Part shown: piece by piece, positions 27,685 to 37,803 of the stretch
Position numbering within the stretch: position 1 is the stretch's first letter
Layout of the letters: each line of letters opens with the position of its first letter
From: an uncultured Bdellovibrionales bacterium
GTDB taxonomy: Bacteria; Patescibacteriota; Minisyncoccia; Moranbacterales; DUUL01
DNA: 64,000 nt
NCBI GenBank assembly: GCA_964505305.1
Contig: CAZDHE010000001.1
Coordinates: 27,776 to 91,775, forward strand
Reading direction: 5' to 3'
Program-made: the position numbers and the translations under genes
Notes under the pieces: generated by a model
The model's input: the letters and a program-made list of their open reading frames with translations, nothing else
Databases searched by the model: none
What the model was told of the DNA's origin: nothing

Positions 27685-28545
27685 CTATTTAGTTAATTCC
27701 GGTTCTTTATGAATAAACAAAACTCTCCTCTCTCCTTCTAAAATATCCTCTTTTTTTTCGCTTTCGGGAAAGTCGTGAATGCTGTTCATTAAATTTTGGT
27801 AATCATAGCTAAATTCTTCTCCTTGGCGAGTCCCCGGATCATTAGTAATAAATTGTTTTTCAACCTCATCATAGCCTATTATGACCAAGGCGTGATAAAG
27901 AGGTCCGGGGTTTTGAAAATGGGGGTTTTCCAAGCTTCTTCCGGCTGCTGGCGCGACAACTATTCCTTCTTCAAAAAGATGTTTTTTGATTTCTTCTATG
28001 GTTGGATTTTCTACAACAGAAGCTTCTTGGTTATAATACTCTTTAAATAAATCTACCATTTGTTTGGTATTTATGTCGGGTTTATGGTTAAGATTTTCTT
28101 CTGCAAATTTAACTAGGGAGGTTAATTCTTGGTCTGATTTCTCAGGGGAGAGATTTTTTATGTTTTCAATATAAGCGTTGGCCATTACAAGAGCCGCTTC
28201 CTCACATGCTTCTTCATGAAGCTCGTCCCAATTGCCGAAAGGAGCTTGGACAACAAAAGGAGTTTTATTTAGGTGTTGCTTAGGTAATTTAGGGGGATTG
28301 TTTGCCGACTCTCTTTCGTCTTCTTCTTTGTTTTCGTCGTTGTCTTCCTCACTTCTTTTCTCTTTCTTTTCTCTTTCTTGCGCAGAGTTTGCTTGTGGGA
28401 GGTTTTTTTCCGAATTCAGGATCTCGCTTTCTAACTTTCCTTTTTCTTGTCCTGTCTGGTGACTTTCTTCAAAGTATTGACTTAAGAAATGAAATCCCAA
28501 CAAAGAAGCAAAGAATAAAAAAGAAAATAATAGTATATTTTTCAT
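27685..28545 (-). CDS. Secreted/anchored peptidase C39-like domain protein
   Basis: 286 aa. Signal/TM segment, acidic linker, then PFVVQAPFGNWDELHEEACEEAALVMA..LYHALVIIGYD, resembling the C39_2-type papain-like fold. Confidence 0.55.
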   Translation of the reverse strand: MKNILLFSFLFFASLLGFHFLSQYFEESHQTGQEKGKLESEILNSEKNLPQANSAQEREKKEKRSEEDNDENKEEDERESANNPPKLPKQHLNKTPFVVQAPFGNWDELHEEACEEAALVMANAYIENIKNLSPEKSDQELTSLVKFAEENLNHKPDINTKQMVDLFKEYYNQEASVVENPTIEEIKKHLFEEGIVVAPAAGRSLENPHFQNPGPLYHALVIIGYDEVEKQFITNDPGTRQGEEFSYDYQNLMNSIHDFPESEKKEDILEGERRVLFIHKEPELTK

Positions 28546-28711
28546 AGGTTATTTTGATTTGTTTAGTGGCTACTACTTTTCAATAAATCAGGACAAAAAA
28601 GTAAAATATTTATATTCTTAAAACGGCGTGGTTCAAAAAATCTCCGGTCAGGATTTTTTACTTTATTTATAGTGTTTCGGTTGAAATGATTTTTCAGGGG
28701 CGGTAAGTTTC

Positions 28712-28832
28712 GAGTTGTTGGAATCGGCAGCTCCTACTCAGTCTTTACTGAAACTTTGAATTAGAGAGGAGCGTAAAATTTTGTAAGCCAGATTGTTTAA
28801 ATGATTTGGAGATACGTTGGCATCGACAACTC
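28712..28832 (+). ncRNA. Candidate structured RNA (three-helix junction), unassigned class
   Basis: P1 is GAGTTGTTG(28712-20)/CGACAACTC(28824-32). P2 is GCTCCTaCTC(28730-39)/GAGAGGAGC(28764-72). P3 is CCAGATT(28788-94)/GATTTGG(28803-09). Three G.U pairs are tolerated only in the + sense. Confidence 0.35.
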
Positions 28833-29143
28833 ATCTCTTATTTTCATTATACAACAAAGTAGTTATTGTTCTTCAAGACAGAAAACGGGAGAGCTTGGGT
28901 AACTTACTTTATAATAAGCTATGTTGGTGATTAAAGGCAAGAGTTAAAAATTAAAAAAGAGATTTTAAACTCAAGCTCCAAATCGCTTTTTGCTTAAATG
29001 TAGCTTCTTCAATTTTAACGAGTTTTTGCTAAATTCGGCAAGTTTGTGTCTTCAAGCTTTCCAAGTCTTTTTCATTCCCGTCTACTTTCTTATTTCATTT
29101 TTGCATTTTATTTAATTTTAAGTTATGATTTTAAAAACGCTTA

Positions 29144-29965
29144 TTGAATCTATTTTTAATTTTTTTTATGCCTCTCAACCCCTACAAAAAAACCAAAGCT
29201 TTTTTGGTTTTGAATTTAACTATATTATTTATTTTAATAATAGCTATACCTCAGTTTATAAACAGTGGAACGGAGTGGATGTCTGAGGACACACTGGAAA
29301 CCTTGTTTTTAGGGATGAGCTTTTTAGCTGTTTTGTATGTTTTTTGGCATTATGACTATGTAGTTAAAAAAAGAGAACAAGAAGCTTCCAAACTTTTTTT
29401 AAAGCTAGAAAAAAAAGAAAAAGAACTTCTGGACACTTTTCAATATTTGGGCAAGGTAAATGTGCAATTTTCCATTATTCGAGACCTGCTTCAAAAGATG
29501 AAAGCTCCCGCTCCCACCAGCAGGGAAGAGGTGGAGAAAGCTTTTTCTGAGCTGCTAAATATTGTTTGCAATGCCACAGGCAGGAGATATGCTTTTTTGA
29601 AAATTGTGGATTTAAAAAACGGCAAAACGCTTATCGAGCAATTTAACGGTTTTGATAGTAATATGGAAAAGGAAAGTCTTTTTTCCATTAAAAATGAAAC
29701 TTTGTTGGAGGTTTTTAACAACAAGAAGCAAACATTTTCCAAATTCAAGAAGGGGGATATTTTTTTCTCTGATTTGGACAATTTTAATTTAAAGGCTTTT
29801 TTGATTTTACCTAAGAAAAAAGAAATTGAAATGGAAGATGAAAGCTCTTTTTTGGAAGCGGTGGCCAATCAGTGCGAAGTTTTATTTCTATTGTTTAATT
29901 CTCGTTATTATAAGCCTAAAAAAAAGAGCAATGAATCAAAGAACAATAAAAAGGCAAGCAAATAA
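29144..29965 (+). CDS. Hypothetical membrane-anchored protein with GAF-like C-terminal region
   Basis: 273 aa with two TM helices and a coiled segment. The start is probably ATG at 29169 (MPLNPYKK). A putative promoter TTGCAT-17-TATGAT lies at 29101-29129. Confidence 0.45.
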   Translation: MNLFLIFFMPLNPYKKTKAFLVLNLTILFILIIAIPQFINSGTEWMSEDTLETLFLGMSFLAVLYVFWHYDYVVKKREQEASKLFLKLEKKEKELLDTFQYLGKVNVQFSIIRDLLQKMKAPAPTSREEVEKAFSELLNIVCNATGRRYAFLKIVDLKNGKTLIEQFNGFDSNMEKESLFSIKNETLLEVFNNKKQTFSKFKKGDIFFSDLDNFNLKAFLILPKKKEIEMEDESSFLEAVANQCEVLFLLFNSRYYKPKKKSNESKNNKKASK

Positions 29966-29969
29966 AAAA

Positions 29970-30767
29970 ATGAAAGGAATTGTTTTGGCCGGAGGGACGG
30001 CGACTCGGCTTTTCCCTCTAACTGCTACCACCAGCAAACAGCTCTTGCCGGTATATGACCGACAAATGATTTTTTATCCGCTTAATGTCTTGATAAGCGC
30101 CGGTATCAAAGATATTTTGGTAATAGTCTCGCCGGATAATTCCGGGCAGTTTTTGAATTTGCTGGGCTCTATGTTTGAAAAACTGGGTGTTAGATTAGAG
30201 TTTAAAGTTCAAAAAGTGCCTAAAGGGTTGGCGGATGCGTTTGTTTTGGGGGAAGATTTTATTGCCGGGGATAATGTTGCCTTAGTATTGGGGGATAATA
30301 TTTTTGAGGACAATTTTTCGGAAAGTATAAGGAATTTTAAATCCGGAGGACTGGTTTTTGCCAAAAAAGTTCCCGATCCGGAGCGCTATGGAGTGGTTAA
30401 ATTTGACGACAATGGAAGGGCTGTGAAAATTCAAGAGAAGCCTCAAGAGTGGATTAGTGATTATGCTATTCCCGGAGTTTATGTTTATGATGGTAGATGC
30501 GTGGATGCTGCCAAGAAAAGCGTGCCGTCAGACAGAGGGGAAGTTGAAATAACCTCTGTGCATAATTATTACTTGGAAAAAGGGGAGCTACAAGTAAGAA
30601 AACTGGAAGGGGCCTGGCTGGATGCGGGAACCTTTGACACTTTGTTGGAAGCAGGTCAAATAGTAAAAGAGAAAAAGCTTTATGAGAATTTTGATCCTTT
30701 GATAAATCAAGCCATAGAAGAATACAACCAAGAAATTAAAGAGATTGCCAAGAAAAAATTGTCATAA
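29970..30767 (+). CDS. Glucose-1-phosphate thymidylyl/nucleotidyltransferase (RmlA-like)
   Basis: Start reassigned to the in-frame ATG at 29970: MKGIVLAGGTATRLFPLTATTSKQLLPVYDRQMIFYPL..LGDNIF..PDPERYGVV..EKP. The tracked ORF 29826.. carries an upstream extension overlapping the previous gene. Confidence 0.8.
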   Translation: MKGIVLAGGTATRLFPLTATTSKQLLPVYDRQMIFYPLNVLISAGIKDILVIVSPDNSGQFLNLLGSMFEKLGVRLEFKVQKVPKGLADAFVLGEDFIAGDNVALVLGDNIFEDNFSESIRNFKSGGLVFAKKVPDPERYGVVKFDDNGRAVKIQEKPQEWISDYAIPGVYVYDGRCVDAAKKSVPSDRGEVEITSVHNYYLEKGELQVRKLEGAWLDAGTFDTLLEAGQIVKEKKLYENFDPLINQAIEEYNQEIKEIAKKKLS

Positions 30768-30808
30768 TTGTTAGACTATCCCTTGTTTATTTTTAAATAT
30801 TTTCTACG

Positions 30809-33499
30809 GTGAAAAAGCTTTTACTAATCGACTCCAACGCTTTAATTCATAGGGCTTACCATGCGCTTCCTCCGCTTGCCACCAAAGATGGGACATTGAC
30901 CAATGCTGTTTACGGTTACGCCGCTACGCTAATAAGCGCTGTTGAAAATATTAAGCCGGATTACGCCGCCGCCGCTTTTGACTTGCCGGAGCCCACTTTT
31001 AGGCATAAAAAATATGACCAATATAAGGCTACTCGAGAAAAGGCCCCGGATGAGCTTTATGCTCAAATTCCTTTGGCCAAAGAATTTTTGAATGCTTACA
31101 ATATACCTGTTTTTGAGCAAAAGGGTTATGAGGCGGATGATCTTATAGGAACCTTGAGCGGCAAAGTTCAAAAAAAGGACGGGATAGAAATTTATATTCT
31201 TACGGGAGATTTGGATACTTTGCAGCTGGTAGATGACCACATAAAAGTAATGACCTTGAGAAAGGGTATAAATGATTCGGTTATTTATGATAAGCAAAAA
31301 GTGGAAGAGCGTTTTGGTTTAAAGCCGAACCAGATGGTGGATTACAAGGCCTTGAGAGGAGACCCGTCAGATAATATTCCCGGAGTGAAGGGGGTGGGAG
31401 AAAAAACGGCAACGGAACTTTTGTTAAAATATAAAACCTTGGAAGAAGTCTATAGCAATATTGAAAAAATTACTTCCAAATCAGTCAAGGAAAAATTAAA
31501 AAAAGGACGGGAAAGCGCTTTTATGAGTAAAGATTTGGCTGAAATTGAGAGAAATGTTCCAGTGGATTTTGATTTGGAAAAATGTACTCTTCAAAATTAC
31601 AACGCGGAAACGCTGAAGCGATATATGTTAAAAATGGAATTTTCCAGTTTGCTCAAGAGAATATCTTCCCAAGGAGAGGACCCGGAAATAAAGTTTAAAG
31701 AAGTGGAAAAAATCGAGGATCCAAGTCATTTTCAAAAAATTGCCTCTAAAATAAAGAAAGAGCAATCCTTGGCCCTGGAAGCGCATCAATTCGAGCAGAA
31801 TACTTTAGCGGGAATGGGTTTGTATTTGCCGGGAGAAAAAAACGGAAGTTTTTTTTATGTAAGCAAAAACCTTTTTGGGGAATTAAAAGAATTATTGACG
31901 GATAAACAAGTTTTTAAAATAGGCTACGACTTAAAAAGACTGAGTGAAGTTTTTTTTGAAAAGGGAGGTCATCAAGAAGAAACTGGCGGACAGTCTTTTG
32001 TTGAGAATTTTTTTGATGTTAAGATAGCCGCTTATCTTTTAAGATCCGGCTCTAATAATGATTTGGACAAGCTTGTTTTAGAAGAATTCGGAGCTTCTTT
32101 GCAGAATCAAACTACCAGAAAAGGGCAGGCCGGGTTGTGGTCGGACAGTTTGGAGAGTGAAATCAAGGAAATTGCCGAAAGAGCCGGTTGGTCTTTCAAG
32201 CTTTATGAAAATTACAAAAAATCTTTGCGAGAAATAGCCCAAGAACAAAGAAAAAGCATTGATTTAAGAGGAGATTTGGAAAAATTGATTTACCAGGTCG
32301 AGTTTCCCTTAATAAAGGTTTTGGCCAAAATGGAAAGCGAGGGGGTGGCGGTAGATAAAACTAAATTAGAAGAAGCTTCCCGTAAAGCTCAGGAAAAAAT
32401 AAGCGCTTTAGAAAAAGAGATTTTTGATATAGCCGGAGAAGAGTTTAATATCAATTCTCCCGCCCAATTGGCTAAAATTTTGTATGGAAAATTAAATATT
32501 TCCACAAGGGAGGTTAAAAGAGGAAAAACCGGTTACTCCACGGATGCAGATCAATTAAGAAAAATAAGACACTTAAGTCCTATTATACCTAAAATAGAAA
32601 ATTACAGAGAGTTTTTTAAATTAAAAACCACTTACGCCGATGCTTTGCCGGAATTGGTAAGAAACGACAGAATTCACACTAATTATAATCAAACAGTGAC
32701 CGCTACCGGTCGCTTATCCTCCTCTAATCCTAATTTGCAAAATATTCCCAAAAAAGGCGAATTTGCTAAATTGATAAGAAGCTCTTTTATTGCCGGCAAA
32801 GGACGTAGGCTGGTTGCCATCGACTACTCTCAGATAGATTTAAGAGTGGCTGCTCATGTTTCCGGAGATGAGAAATTGATAGAGATTTTTAGGAATAATA
32901 AAGATGTTCACAGAGCTACAGCCGCTTGGGTTAATGGGATTTCTGAGGAAGAAGTCAGTGATGCGCAAAGAAGCGAAGCCAAGTCGCTTAATTTCGGTAT
33001 TTTGTATGGTATGGGGGTTTACGGTTTTATGCGGGATAGCGGATTGGACAGGGAAAAGGCCGAATTTTTTATTGATCAATATATGAAAAGCTTCGCCGGG
33101 CTTAAAAAATACTTGGAAAAAACTAAGCAAATTGCTCAAGAAAAAGGTTATGTAGAAACTGAGCTGGGCAGAAGAAGGTATATTTCCAACATTAACTCCT
33201 CTAATTTTCAATTGAAAAACGCAGCCGAAAGAATGGCTATAAACTTGCCTATTCAAGGTTTGGCTGCCGATATTATGAAGCTGGCTATGCTGGAAGCGGA
33301 CAAGGCAGTGTCGAGCCAATCCGAATTTAAAGAAGTGAAAATGATTCTGCAGATTCATGATGAATTAATTTTTGAAGTAAAAAAAGAGGAGGCGAAAGTT
33401 TTTGCCGAGAAGATGAAAAGCAGAATGGAGAAGGTTTATGATCTTAAAGTGCCTTTATTGGCGGAATATTCCATCGGATCAAATTGGTCGGAGGTTTAA
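30809..33499 (+). CDS. polA: DNA polymerase I (GTG start)
   Basis: 896 aa. 5' nuclease domain (LLLIDSNALIHRAYHALP, GDPSDNIPGVKGVGEKTA) and Pol A motifs (DYSQIDLRV, RSEAKSLNFGILYG, QIHDELIFE). Confidence 0.95.
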   Translation: MKKLLLIDSNALIHRAYHALPPLATKDGTLTNAVYGYAATLISAVENIKPDYAAAAFDLPEPTFRHKKYDQYKATREKAPDELYAQIPLAKEFLNAYNIPVFEQKGYEADDLIGTLSGKVQKKDGIEIYILTGDLDTLQLVDDHIKVMTLRKGINDSVIYDKQKVEERFGLKPNQMVDYKALRGDPSDNIPGVKGVGEKTATELLLKYKTLEEVYSNIEKITSKSVKEKLKKGRESAFMSKDLAEIERNVPVDFDLEKCTLQNYNAETLKRYMLKMEFSSLLKRISSQGEDPEIKFKEVEKIEDPSHFQKIASKIKKEQSLALEAHQFEQNTLAGMGLYLPGEKNGSFFYVSKNLFGELKELLTDKQVFKIGYDLKRLSEVFFEKGGHQEETGGQSFVENFFDVKIAAYLLRSGSNNDLDKLVLEEFGASLQNQTTRKGQAGLWSDSLESEIKEIAERAGWSFKLYENYKKSLREIAQEQRKSIDLRGDLEKLIYQVEFPLIKVLAKMESEGVAVDKTKLEEASRKAQEKISALEKEIFDIAGEEFNINSPAQLAKILYGKLNISTREVKRGKTGYSTDADQLRKIRHLSPIIPKIENYREFFKLKTTYADALPELVRNDRIHTNYNQTVTATGRLSSSNPNLQNIPKKGEFAKLIRSSFIAGKGRRLVAIDYSQIDLRVAAHVSGDEKLIEIFRNNKDVHRATAAWVNGISEEEVSDAQRSEAKSLNFGILYGMGVYGFMRDSGLDREKAEFFIDQYMKSFAGLKKYLEKTKQIAQEKGYVETELGRRRYISNINSSNFQLKNAAERMAINLPIQGLAADIMKLAMLEADKAVSSQSEFKEVKMILQIHDELIFEVKKEEAKVFAEKMKSRMEKVYDLKVPLLAEYSIGSNWSEV

Positions 33500-33516
33500 A
33501 AATTAAATTCCAAAAT

Positions 33517-34635
33517 ATGTCAAAAAGAATTGTTTTGAGCGGAGGATTCAGCGGAGGACACTTATTTCCTTTGTTAACAGTGACTCGATATCTAAAAGAA
33601 AATTATGGGGAAGAAAACTTTGAATTTCTTTTTATGGGACCTGAGGGCAAACTGGAAAATGACTTAATGAAAGAGAACAACATAGACCAAAAAAATATTT
33701 TATGCGGAAAATTGAGAAGGTATTTTTCTTTTAAGTATTTGGCGGATTTTTTAAAATTGCCTATTGGTCTTCTTCAATCTTTGTGGCATTTGTTTGTTTT
33801 TATGCCGGATGTGGTTTTTGCCAAAGGAGGGTTTGCCTCCGTTCCGGTTGTTTTGGCTGCTAAGGCTTATAGAATCCCGGTGGTAATACACGAGTCTGAC
33901 GCTGTTCCGGGTGTTGCCAATAAGTTTTTAGGTTCAATTGCTAATGCGATTGCGGTAAATTTTGAAAGAGCCGGTAGCTATTTTCCTCAAAAGAAATTTT
34001 TTTATGCGGGGTTGCCGGTAAAGAAAAGTGTCTTGGGGGGAGAAAAAGAGAAAGGTAAAGAGTGGCTTAAGATTAAAAAACAGGTTAAACCAGTTGTTCT
34101 TTTTTTGGGCGGTTCTCAAGGCGCCTTTGCAATAAATGAAGCGGTAATTAACTCTATTGATGATTTAACGCGCTATTTCCAAGTGGTCCATCAGACCGGA
34201 GAGGCGCACTATGAAGCGGTCAAGAGAGAAGTTGAGAGAAAAGGTCACAAAATAGGCCATAGCGATTATTATCCATTTGGCTTCTTAGGGGATAAGTTAA
34301 AAGACGTAATAGCTCTTGCCGATGTGGTTGTTTCAAGAGCGGGGGCCACCACGATTGCTGAATTGGCTGCCAATGCCAAGCCTGTTATTTTGGTTCCGAT
34401 TACGGCCAGCGCTAACGATCATCAGAGAATTAATGCCTATGAATTAGCTAAAAGCGGCGCTGCCATAGTGCTTGAAGAGGGCAATTTCAACAAAAATATG
34501 TTGATGCATAATTTAAAAAAGATAGCTTTTGAAGATAAGGTAAAAATTAATTTATGCAAGAACATTAGGAATTTTTATTATCCGGAAGCTACGGAGAAAA
34601 TAGCAGAAAAAATTATGTTTTTTGCTGATAAATAA
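33517..34635 (+). CDS. murG: Undecaprenyl-PP-MurNAc-pentapeptide GlcNAc transferase MurG
   Basis: Start placed at ATG 33517 (MSKRIVLSGGFSGGHLFP). Contains GGSQGA and ASANDHQRINAYEL, typical MurG motifs. Confidence 0.85.
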   Translation: MSKRIVLSGGFSGGHLFPLLTVTRYLKENYGEENFEFLFMGPEGKLENDLMKENNIDQKNILCGKLRRYFSFKYLADFLKLPIGLLQSLWHLFVFMPDVVFAKGGFASVPVVLAAKAYRIPVVIHESDAVPGVANKFLGSIANAIAVNFERAGSYFPQKKFFYAGLPVKKSVLGGEKEKGKEWLKIKKQVKPVVLFLGGSQGAFAINEAVINSIDDLTRYFQVVHQTGEAHYEAVKREVERKGHKIGHSDYYPFGFLGDKLKDVIALADVVVSRAGATTIAELAANAKPVILVPITASANDHQRINAYELAKSGAAIVLEEGNFNKNMLMHNLKKIAFEDKVKINLCKNIRNFYYPEATEKIAEKIMFFADK

Positions 34636-34959
34636 TATAGGAATAAGAACTGTTTAGCGAGTTTGTTTGAAAGGGAAATGTTTTCTTTTCGTAAAAAATT
34701 AGTAAGCAACAAGTAGTTGAAAAGAGGGAATTGCGGATTAGAGTGTTTTAGAGTTGCAAGTAAACAAGCCTCAAATGTTTAATCAAGCTTAAAATTAAAT
34801 ATTAACGGGGTGTTTGGTAATTTGCTCTTTTTGTCTTTCTAAGGAAAAGGAAGCGCTTTTGCAAAAAAGAAGAAATTTTGACCTTTATTAGTGTTTTTCT
34901 AAAAGTGTTAATTTTGATTTGACGCTTTTAATGTTTAATGTTATTATTCTTCAAGTCAT

Positions 34960-35247
34960 ATGAAAGAAGTAGATTTACTCATAAGCTGCCCGGTTTGCGG
35001 CAGTGAATACAAGAACAATGATACGGGTGTTGTAAAGGCAAAAGACAGCGCTATGCTGGTTCATGCCAGTTGTGGCCATTGCCAAAGCTCTTTTTTGGCT
35101 ATGGTTACCAAGGGCTACGAGACAGAAGGAATGGTTAGCATGGGGATGTTGACAGATCTGGATTACGAAGAGGCTTGCAGACTTCTCGGCGGTGAACCGG
35201 TAACCGCGGATGAAGTTTTGGATTTATATGAAAAGAACAGTCATTAG
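34960..35247 (+). CDS. Hypothetical zinc-ribbon protein
   Basis: 95 aa with CPVCG...CGHCQ. A putative promoter TTGACG-17-TATTAT lies upstream. Confidence 0.4.
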   Translation: MKEVDLLISCPVCGSEYKNNDTGVVKAKDSAMLVHASCGHCQSSFLAMVTKGYETEGMVSMGMLTDLDYEEACRLLGGEPVTADEVLDLYEKNSH

Positions 35248-35310
35248 GAGTTTTTTGGATAATTGTTTTTAAGGTTGGTATTTAAGTTAAATGTTTAAGT
35301 TTTATTTATT

Positions 35311-35994
35311 ATGAAAAAGAAGATTGGCATGGAGGTTAAAGTTCGGAACAAAAAACAAAAGAATGATTTTATAGGCTGGATCCCGGGAGTTGTTTACGGA
35401 CCGGAAATTAAGGAAAACAAGATAATCTGGATGGATTATCAGAATTTTTATGACACCTATAATGAAGCGGGAGGCAGCACTCTGGTTGATTTAAAAGTAG
35501 AGGGGGAAAATAAAGCTTTTCCCGTTCTTGTTTATGATATTCAGTATCACCCTATTTCCGGGAGATATAATCATGTGGATTTTTATGCGGTAAAAATGGG
35601 AGAAAAATTAGAGACTGAGATTGAGCTTAATTTCGTGGGAGAGTCTCCGGCAGTGAAAGAGCAAGGCGGTATTTTAGTTAAGAGTTTGGATTCAATCGAA
35701 GTTAAATGTTTACCGAAAGATTTGATAAGTGAAATTAAAGTGGACGTTTCTTCTCTTAAAGAAATGGATGATTGCATTTACGTTAAGGATCTTGACATTC
35801 CTCAAGAACTTGAGGTTATGCTTGACGAGAATACTAAGGTGGCCTCTATTTCAAGACCTAGAAGTGATGAGGAACTGGAGCAATTAAAAGAAAAAGCCGA
35901 AGTGGATATGGATCAAGTGGAGACAGTGGATAAGAAGAAGGAAGAAGAAGAGGAAGATCAGCAAGAAGACGACTCCGAACCGGATAAAAAATAA
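35311..35994 (+). CDS. rplY: 50S ribosomal protein L25/general stress protein Ctc
   Basis: 227 aa. IPGVVYG, LVYDIQYHPISGRYNHVDF, two-domain Ctc form with an acidic tail. Confidence 0.85.
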   Translation: MKKKIGMEVKVRNKKQKNDFIGWIPGVVYGPEIKENKIIWMDYQNFYDTYNEAGGSTLVDLKVEGENKAFPVLVYDIQYHPISGRYNHVDFYAVKMGEKLETEIELNFVGESPAVKEQGGILVKSLDSIEVKCLPKDLISEIKVDVSSLKEMDDCIYVKDLDIPQELEVMLDENTKVASISRPRSDEELEQLKEKAEVDMDQVETVDKKKEEEEEDQQEDDSEPDKK

Positions 35995-36206
35995 TAAATA
36001 CCTTAGAATAGAGATTGGCTAAGTATTTCATAAACTGTATGAAACATCAATAAATAGGTGAATTTAAGATAGGACGGTTTCGGTATAATTGATTAATTAT
36101 GCTATTGCGGGTGTTTTTTAAAGGTTTTCACTGATTATTGTTTCAGTAATAATTATTCTCTTTGCTAAGCTATAGTCATCAAATTCTAAATAATTTTTTA
36201 ACAAAA

Positions 36207-37736
36207 ATGGAGGTTTTCAAAAAAAACGAAACAAAAGTTTGCAAAAAAATATTTGAAAATATTTTTAAAGCATCTTTTCTGGGAAAAAAGGCTAGCATCC
36301 TTGCGTTGTTGGCCTTTTTTTGGATGTTTGCAGGAGGTTTTTATCCAACTTTTGTAAAAAATGAGGATTTATCTAAAATAATACAAGCTCGGGAAGAATC
36401 TTCAGAAGAAGACTCCGAAGAGGAAGAGTCAGAAGAAGAAAAAGCGGATTCTGAGGGTGAGGAAGACGAGGAAGACGAGGAAGACGACGAACTGTCGGAA
36501 GAAGAAAAGGAGGAAGCTGAGAAGAAAAAGAAAGAAAAAGAAAAACTTTCCAAGGAAGAAGAGGAGGCGGAAGAAGAAGTGGAAGAAGCTTCCGAGGCAG
36601 TAGCGGGAGCGGAAAGCCAGTGGCAACAAATTAATCGTCAAGTCATCAACACTCGATATGAAATTCAGAAAACTCAAGAGGCTGTAGAATCACTTGAAAG
36701 CCAAATAAAAAAGCAGAGTCAAAAAATAAATAATATAGACAAAAATATTCAATTTAAAAAGCAGATTTTGTCTGAGTATTTAAGACATTACAGAAAAGGA
36801 GTTTCTGAAATGGGAATGAACTATTTGGATAGCGGAAAAGATATAGGGGATTATTTAAAGTCATTGGATTCTTACGAGGATATTCAAAGCAAGATAGGAG
36901 AAACTTTAGACAAAATTAAGGCAGATAAACAAATGATTGAGGAAAAGAAAAAGGCTATTGAAGAAAAAAAACAGGCCAAAGCGGAGGTGAGGGAGAATCA
37001 AGAGTCTCAAAAGCAAAGATTGGAGCGCCAGGAATCCCAGAAACAAGAAATCTTAAATGAAAGAAAAGAAGAGGTTTCAGAAAAACAAGCCACTTTAAGC
37101 GAGCTAAGAGCAAAAATTGCCCAAGTGGAGAGCGAATTGTCATCTTTATTGAAGGAGAGCTATGACACGGATGATATTTTAGAGGCAGCTGAATTTGCCA
37201 GTGACGCCACCGGAGTAAGAAAAGATTTTTTACTGGGAATGCTGGTTGTAGAGTCGGACTTAGGAAGATACACCGGAGGGTGTACTTACGAGGAAGTTAA
37301 AGATGGGGCCAAGGATGCTTATAAAAGCGGCAGGTTAAGTCAAGGTTCTTATGATTTAATGAAGAAGAGAAAGGATCTTTTTGAGGATATTGTTGATGAG
37401 CTGGATTACGATGAAGATGAAGTAAAAGTTTCTTGTAATCCCTCCAATTATGTGGGAACTGGGGGTGCTATGGGCGTGGCTCAATTTATGGCTGACACGT
37501 GGATGGGATATAAGAGTGATATAGTTAGTCACACCGGCCACAACCCCCCGGATCCTTGGAGTTTAGCGGATGGAGTTACCGCTATGGCTTTAAAATTAGA
37601 CAAAGTTGATGGAGTGGACGATCATGAAGAAGATGCAGAGTGTTATGCCGCTAAATTATATTTAGGCTCGACTTCCGCGGATTGGTATTGTGATAGAATA
37701 TTTTATTGGGCGGATAATTATGAAGATAAACTTTAA
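36207..37736 (+). CDS. Membrane-anchored coiled-coil protein with C-terminal lytic transglycosylase-like domain
   Basis: Start placed at ATG 36207 (MEVFKK). TM helix, poly-acidic tract, long coiled coil, then LLGMLVVESDLG and GAMGVAQFMADTW, resembling MltB/SLT catalytic motifs. Confidence 0.55.
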   Translation: MEVFKKNETKVCKKIFENIFKASFLGKKASILALLAFFWMFAGGFYPTFVKNEDLSKIIQAREESSEEDSEEEESEEEKADSEGEEDEEDEEDDELSEEEKEEAEKKKKEKEKLSKEEEEAEEEVEEASEAVAGAESQWQQINRQVINTRYEIQKTQEAVESLESQIKKQSQKINNIDKNIQFKKQILSEYLRHYRKGVSEMGMNYLDSGKDIGDYLKSLDSYEDIQSKIGETLDKIKADKQMIEEKKKAIEEKKQAKAEVRENQESQKQRLERQESQKQEILNERKEEVSEKQATLSELRAKIAQVESELSSLLKESYDTDDILEAAEFASDATGVRKDFLLGMLVVESDLGRYTGGCTYEEVKDGAKDAYKSGRLSQGSYDLMKKRKDLFEDIVDELDYDEDEVKVSCNPSNYVGTGGAMGVAQFMADTWMGYKSDIVSHTGHNPPDPWSLADGVTAMALKLDKVDGVDDHEEDAECYAAKLYLGSTSADWYCDRIFYWADNYEDKL

Positions 37737-37803
37737 CAACAAAAAAGATAAGGGAAATTAAACTCCTAAGAAATAAAATTTTTTTTATTTTGTATTAAAT
37801 ATT

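Noticed and set aside
28697-28714. GGGGCGGTAAGTTTCGAG resembles the 5' end of tmRNA (GGGG..N..TTCGA), in a 600-bp gene-free gap where ssrA could plausibly lie.
   Set aside because: No matching 3' tRNA-like end was found within 600 nt on either side. There is no T arm GGTTCGAATCC-type sequence and no CCGCCCC+ACCA to pair with GGGGCGG. I found no convincing resume codon or tag ORF ending in a hydrophobic tail, and no evidence for a permuted arrangement.
29826-29969. Upstream extension of the nucleotidyltransferase ORF overlapping the previous gene by 140 nt.
   Set aside because: The conserved RmlA-type N-terminus MKGIVLAGG starts at the in-frame ATG at 29970. The extension lies inside the preceding ORF in another frame.
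36341-36677. GAA/GAG-rich repetitive DNA with overlapping antisense ORFs (36341..36553, 36429..36677).
   Set aside because: It encodes the poly-acidic (E/D/S) tract of the sense-strand coiled-coil protein. The antisense ORFs are S/F-rich mirror artefacts. It is not a DNA repeat element or CRISPR.
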